Program-made: the position numbers and the translations under genes
Shown here: positions 34,950 through 36,667 of the stretch, one piece after another
Layout of the letters: the number at the start of each line of letters is the position of its first letter
Numbering within the stretch: the stretch's first letter is position 1
Notes under the pieces: generated by a model
What the model saw: the letters and a program-made list of their open reading frames with translations, nothing else
What the model was told of the DNA's origin: nothing
Databases searched by the model: none
Assembly: GCF_001194135.2 (NCBI RefSeq)
Contig: NC_068989.1
Coordinates: 42,476,880-42,513,546 of the forward strand
Length of the DNA stretch: 36,667 nt
Source of the DNA: Octopus bimaculoides
Taxonomy: Eukaryota
Reading direction: 5' to 3'

Positions 34950-36262
34950 TACACGAGCGGGTAGCCAAAAGAAACCAGGATTTGCAATATCATTTTATAC
35001 ACTTAATTTTAGATGTTTACACATTTATCGCCTTCAGAGTATTCTCCATTTGAAGCAATGCATCGGTCCAGACGCATTTTTCACTGTTCGAAGCAGTCCT
35101 GGAACTCTTGCAAAATGATGTCTTTTAACGTCTCCATCGTTTTTTTTCTTCACCTCTTCCACATCCACAAAATGTTTTCTTTTTAGGAATTTTTCAGTCG
35201 GGGGAATAAAAAATGGCGCATTGGAGCATGATCAGGTGGGTAAGCGAGGTCATACCCTTTTTAGCCAAGAACAGTCTCACGCTGAAGGTGGTGTGCACAG
35301 TAGCATTGTCGTGATGAAACCACTACCCTCCGCTTTGCCACTGGTTAGGGCGTTTTCGTCTCACCGTGTCTCGCAAATGCTTCAGAACTGCCAAGTAAAA
35401 TGTCTGGTTTACGGTTTGACGTGGAAGAACAAATTCTGTATGGACAATTCCTTTTGCATCGATGAAATAAATCAGCATCGTCTTGACATTGAACTTCACT
35501 TGATGCGCTTTCGGGGATGGGGTGTGGTGATATTGAATGCTTCATTGACTTGATTGCTGCTTCGTTTCCGGTCGTAGCTGTAGAACCAAGTTTCGTCACC
35601 ATGGATGACCTTTGAATAAAGGTCTGGATCAACTTTCTTCTTTCAGTTCACGACACGCGTTTAGTCGTGGCTGATTTTGATCTTCCTTGAGAAAGCGAGG
35701 TACAAATTTTGCTGCAACTCTTTTCATTCGCAATTCCTCGCTCAAAATTCGTTGGCAGGAGCTTCAAGACACACTAGTCATACCAACAAGTTCGTCAATT
35801 GTTCGGCGACGGTCTTCCAAGATCAGTTCATGAATTTTCATGATGTTTTCATTCATACGGGAGGTCGACGGTCATCCTGAACAAGGTTGGTCTTCAAGCG
35901 ACAAGTGACCATTCCTAAGACGTGAAAACAACTCGTAAACTTACGTGTTGCTCATGGCAGCGTCCTTGTAAGCTGTTTGAAGCATGAAAGCTATTTCGAC
36001 CGCCGTTTTCCCCAGCAGAAAACAAAATATCACGGAAGCACGCTGTTCCTTCGTACCAGCCATCGCAAAAATCGACGAACACGGAAGAAGCACTGCAAAA
36101 CAAAAACGCACCACGTGACAGTACTACTGTATACGACGGCGCCGGTCGGCAGACTGACGCTTAAGGGTTATATCAAGTGGCTTCTAGCGGTGAAAGCCTA
36201 AATTACAACGGGCTCGTCCTATGGAGAACGTTTTTGATTAATTTTGGGTAACCGCATTTTAT
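34950..36262 (-). mobile_element. Full-length degenerate mariner transposon (about 1.31 kb)
   Basis: Decayed CDS 36063 to 35009 reads MAGTKEQRASVIFCFLLGKT...KRVAAKFVPR...IHGDETW...HHDNAT...FLFPRLK...EYSEGD, with several stops and frameshifts. Imperfect terminal inverted repeats: gcgggtagccaaaa (34957-34970) versus ttttgggtaaccgc (36242-36255), with TA at the flanks. Confidence 0.9.
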
Positions 36263-36667
36263 ATATATATTCATTATATATATAAAGCATCGAGCACTCC
36301 GTAGTAAATATAAAGAAAACTTTCAGGAACAATAGTGATTTATTGAGACGAAATGTTGCGGATTATTTTTCTTTATCGGAGAACGATGAGTAGAAAAAAG
36401 TTCTTTTCATATTCCACGGTAAGCGACCAAGGTTGCCGAGCGTGCGAAAAACAATTCAAGAGTTACGGAAAAGGGAAGGAAGAAAAATGCATAAGTAAAT
36501 GGAATGAAATAAAATAAGAGAGGAAGAAGGAATTGGTCAGGTCAGTAGTAGATAACATAGTAGTTTAACTTAAACATAAAATTTAATTGTGGAATTGAAA
36601 ATGAAGAGAAGACAAATTGGAGACGGTAGGGAAATATTTTTGGTCGTGGAGAAGAAAGAAAGTGCGT

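Overview
This is AT-rich, microsatellite-rich animal genomic DNA with five N-gaps. The SINE repertoire resembles that of octopus genomes as I recall them, so the taxon is an inference. The only supportable host gene is a classical short-chain dehydrogenase/reductase (RDH11/12/13/14-like). Its intact, large terminal exon lies at 30754-32095 (+) and fuses the SDR catalytic half to a 237-aa acidic, Ala-rich tail. An older tandem duplication with an offset of about 11.4-12.2 kb left a second copy at 18681-19866. That copy lost its splice acceptor at an antisense RTE-type LINE fragment. Its SDR half is indel-free but strongly diverged in amino acids, and its tail is cut off by a stop codon exactly at the domain end. 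The N-terminal SDR exons were not found in the sequenced part of the window. The rest is a dense pile of transposable elements: a Ty3/gypsy gag-protease relic split by a solo LTR, a Helitron-like relic with 23-aa STPR-type repeats, an internally deleted hAT (Buster/Charlie), a foldback/MITE, two mariner-family relics and three tRNA-derived SINE families. I see no clearly new biological system. The best leads are the divergence pattern of the SDR duplicates, the parallel SINE insertions in the two duplicates and a 46-bp templated copy of SDR exon sequence. All identities and counts were made by hand and are approximate.
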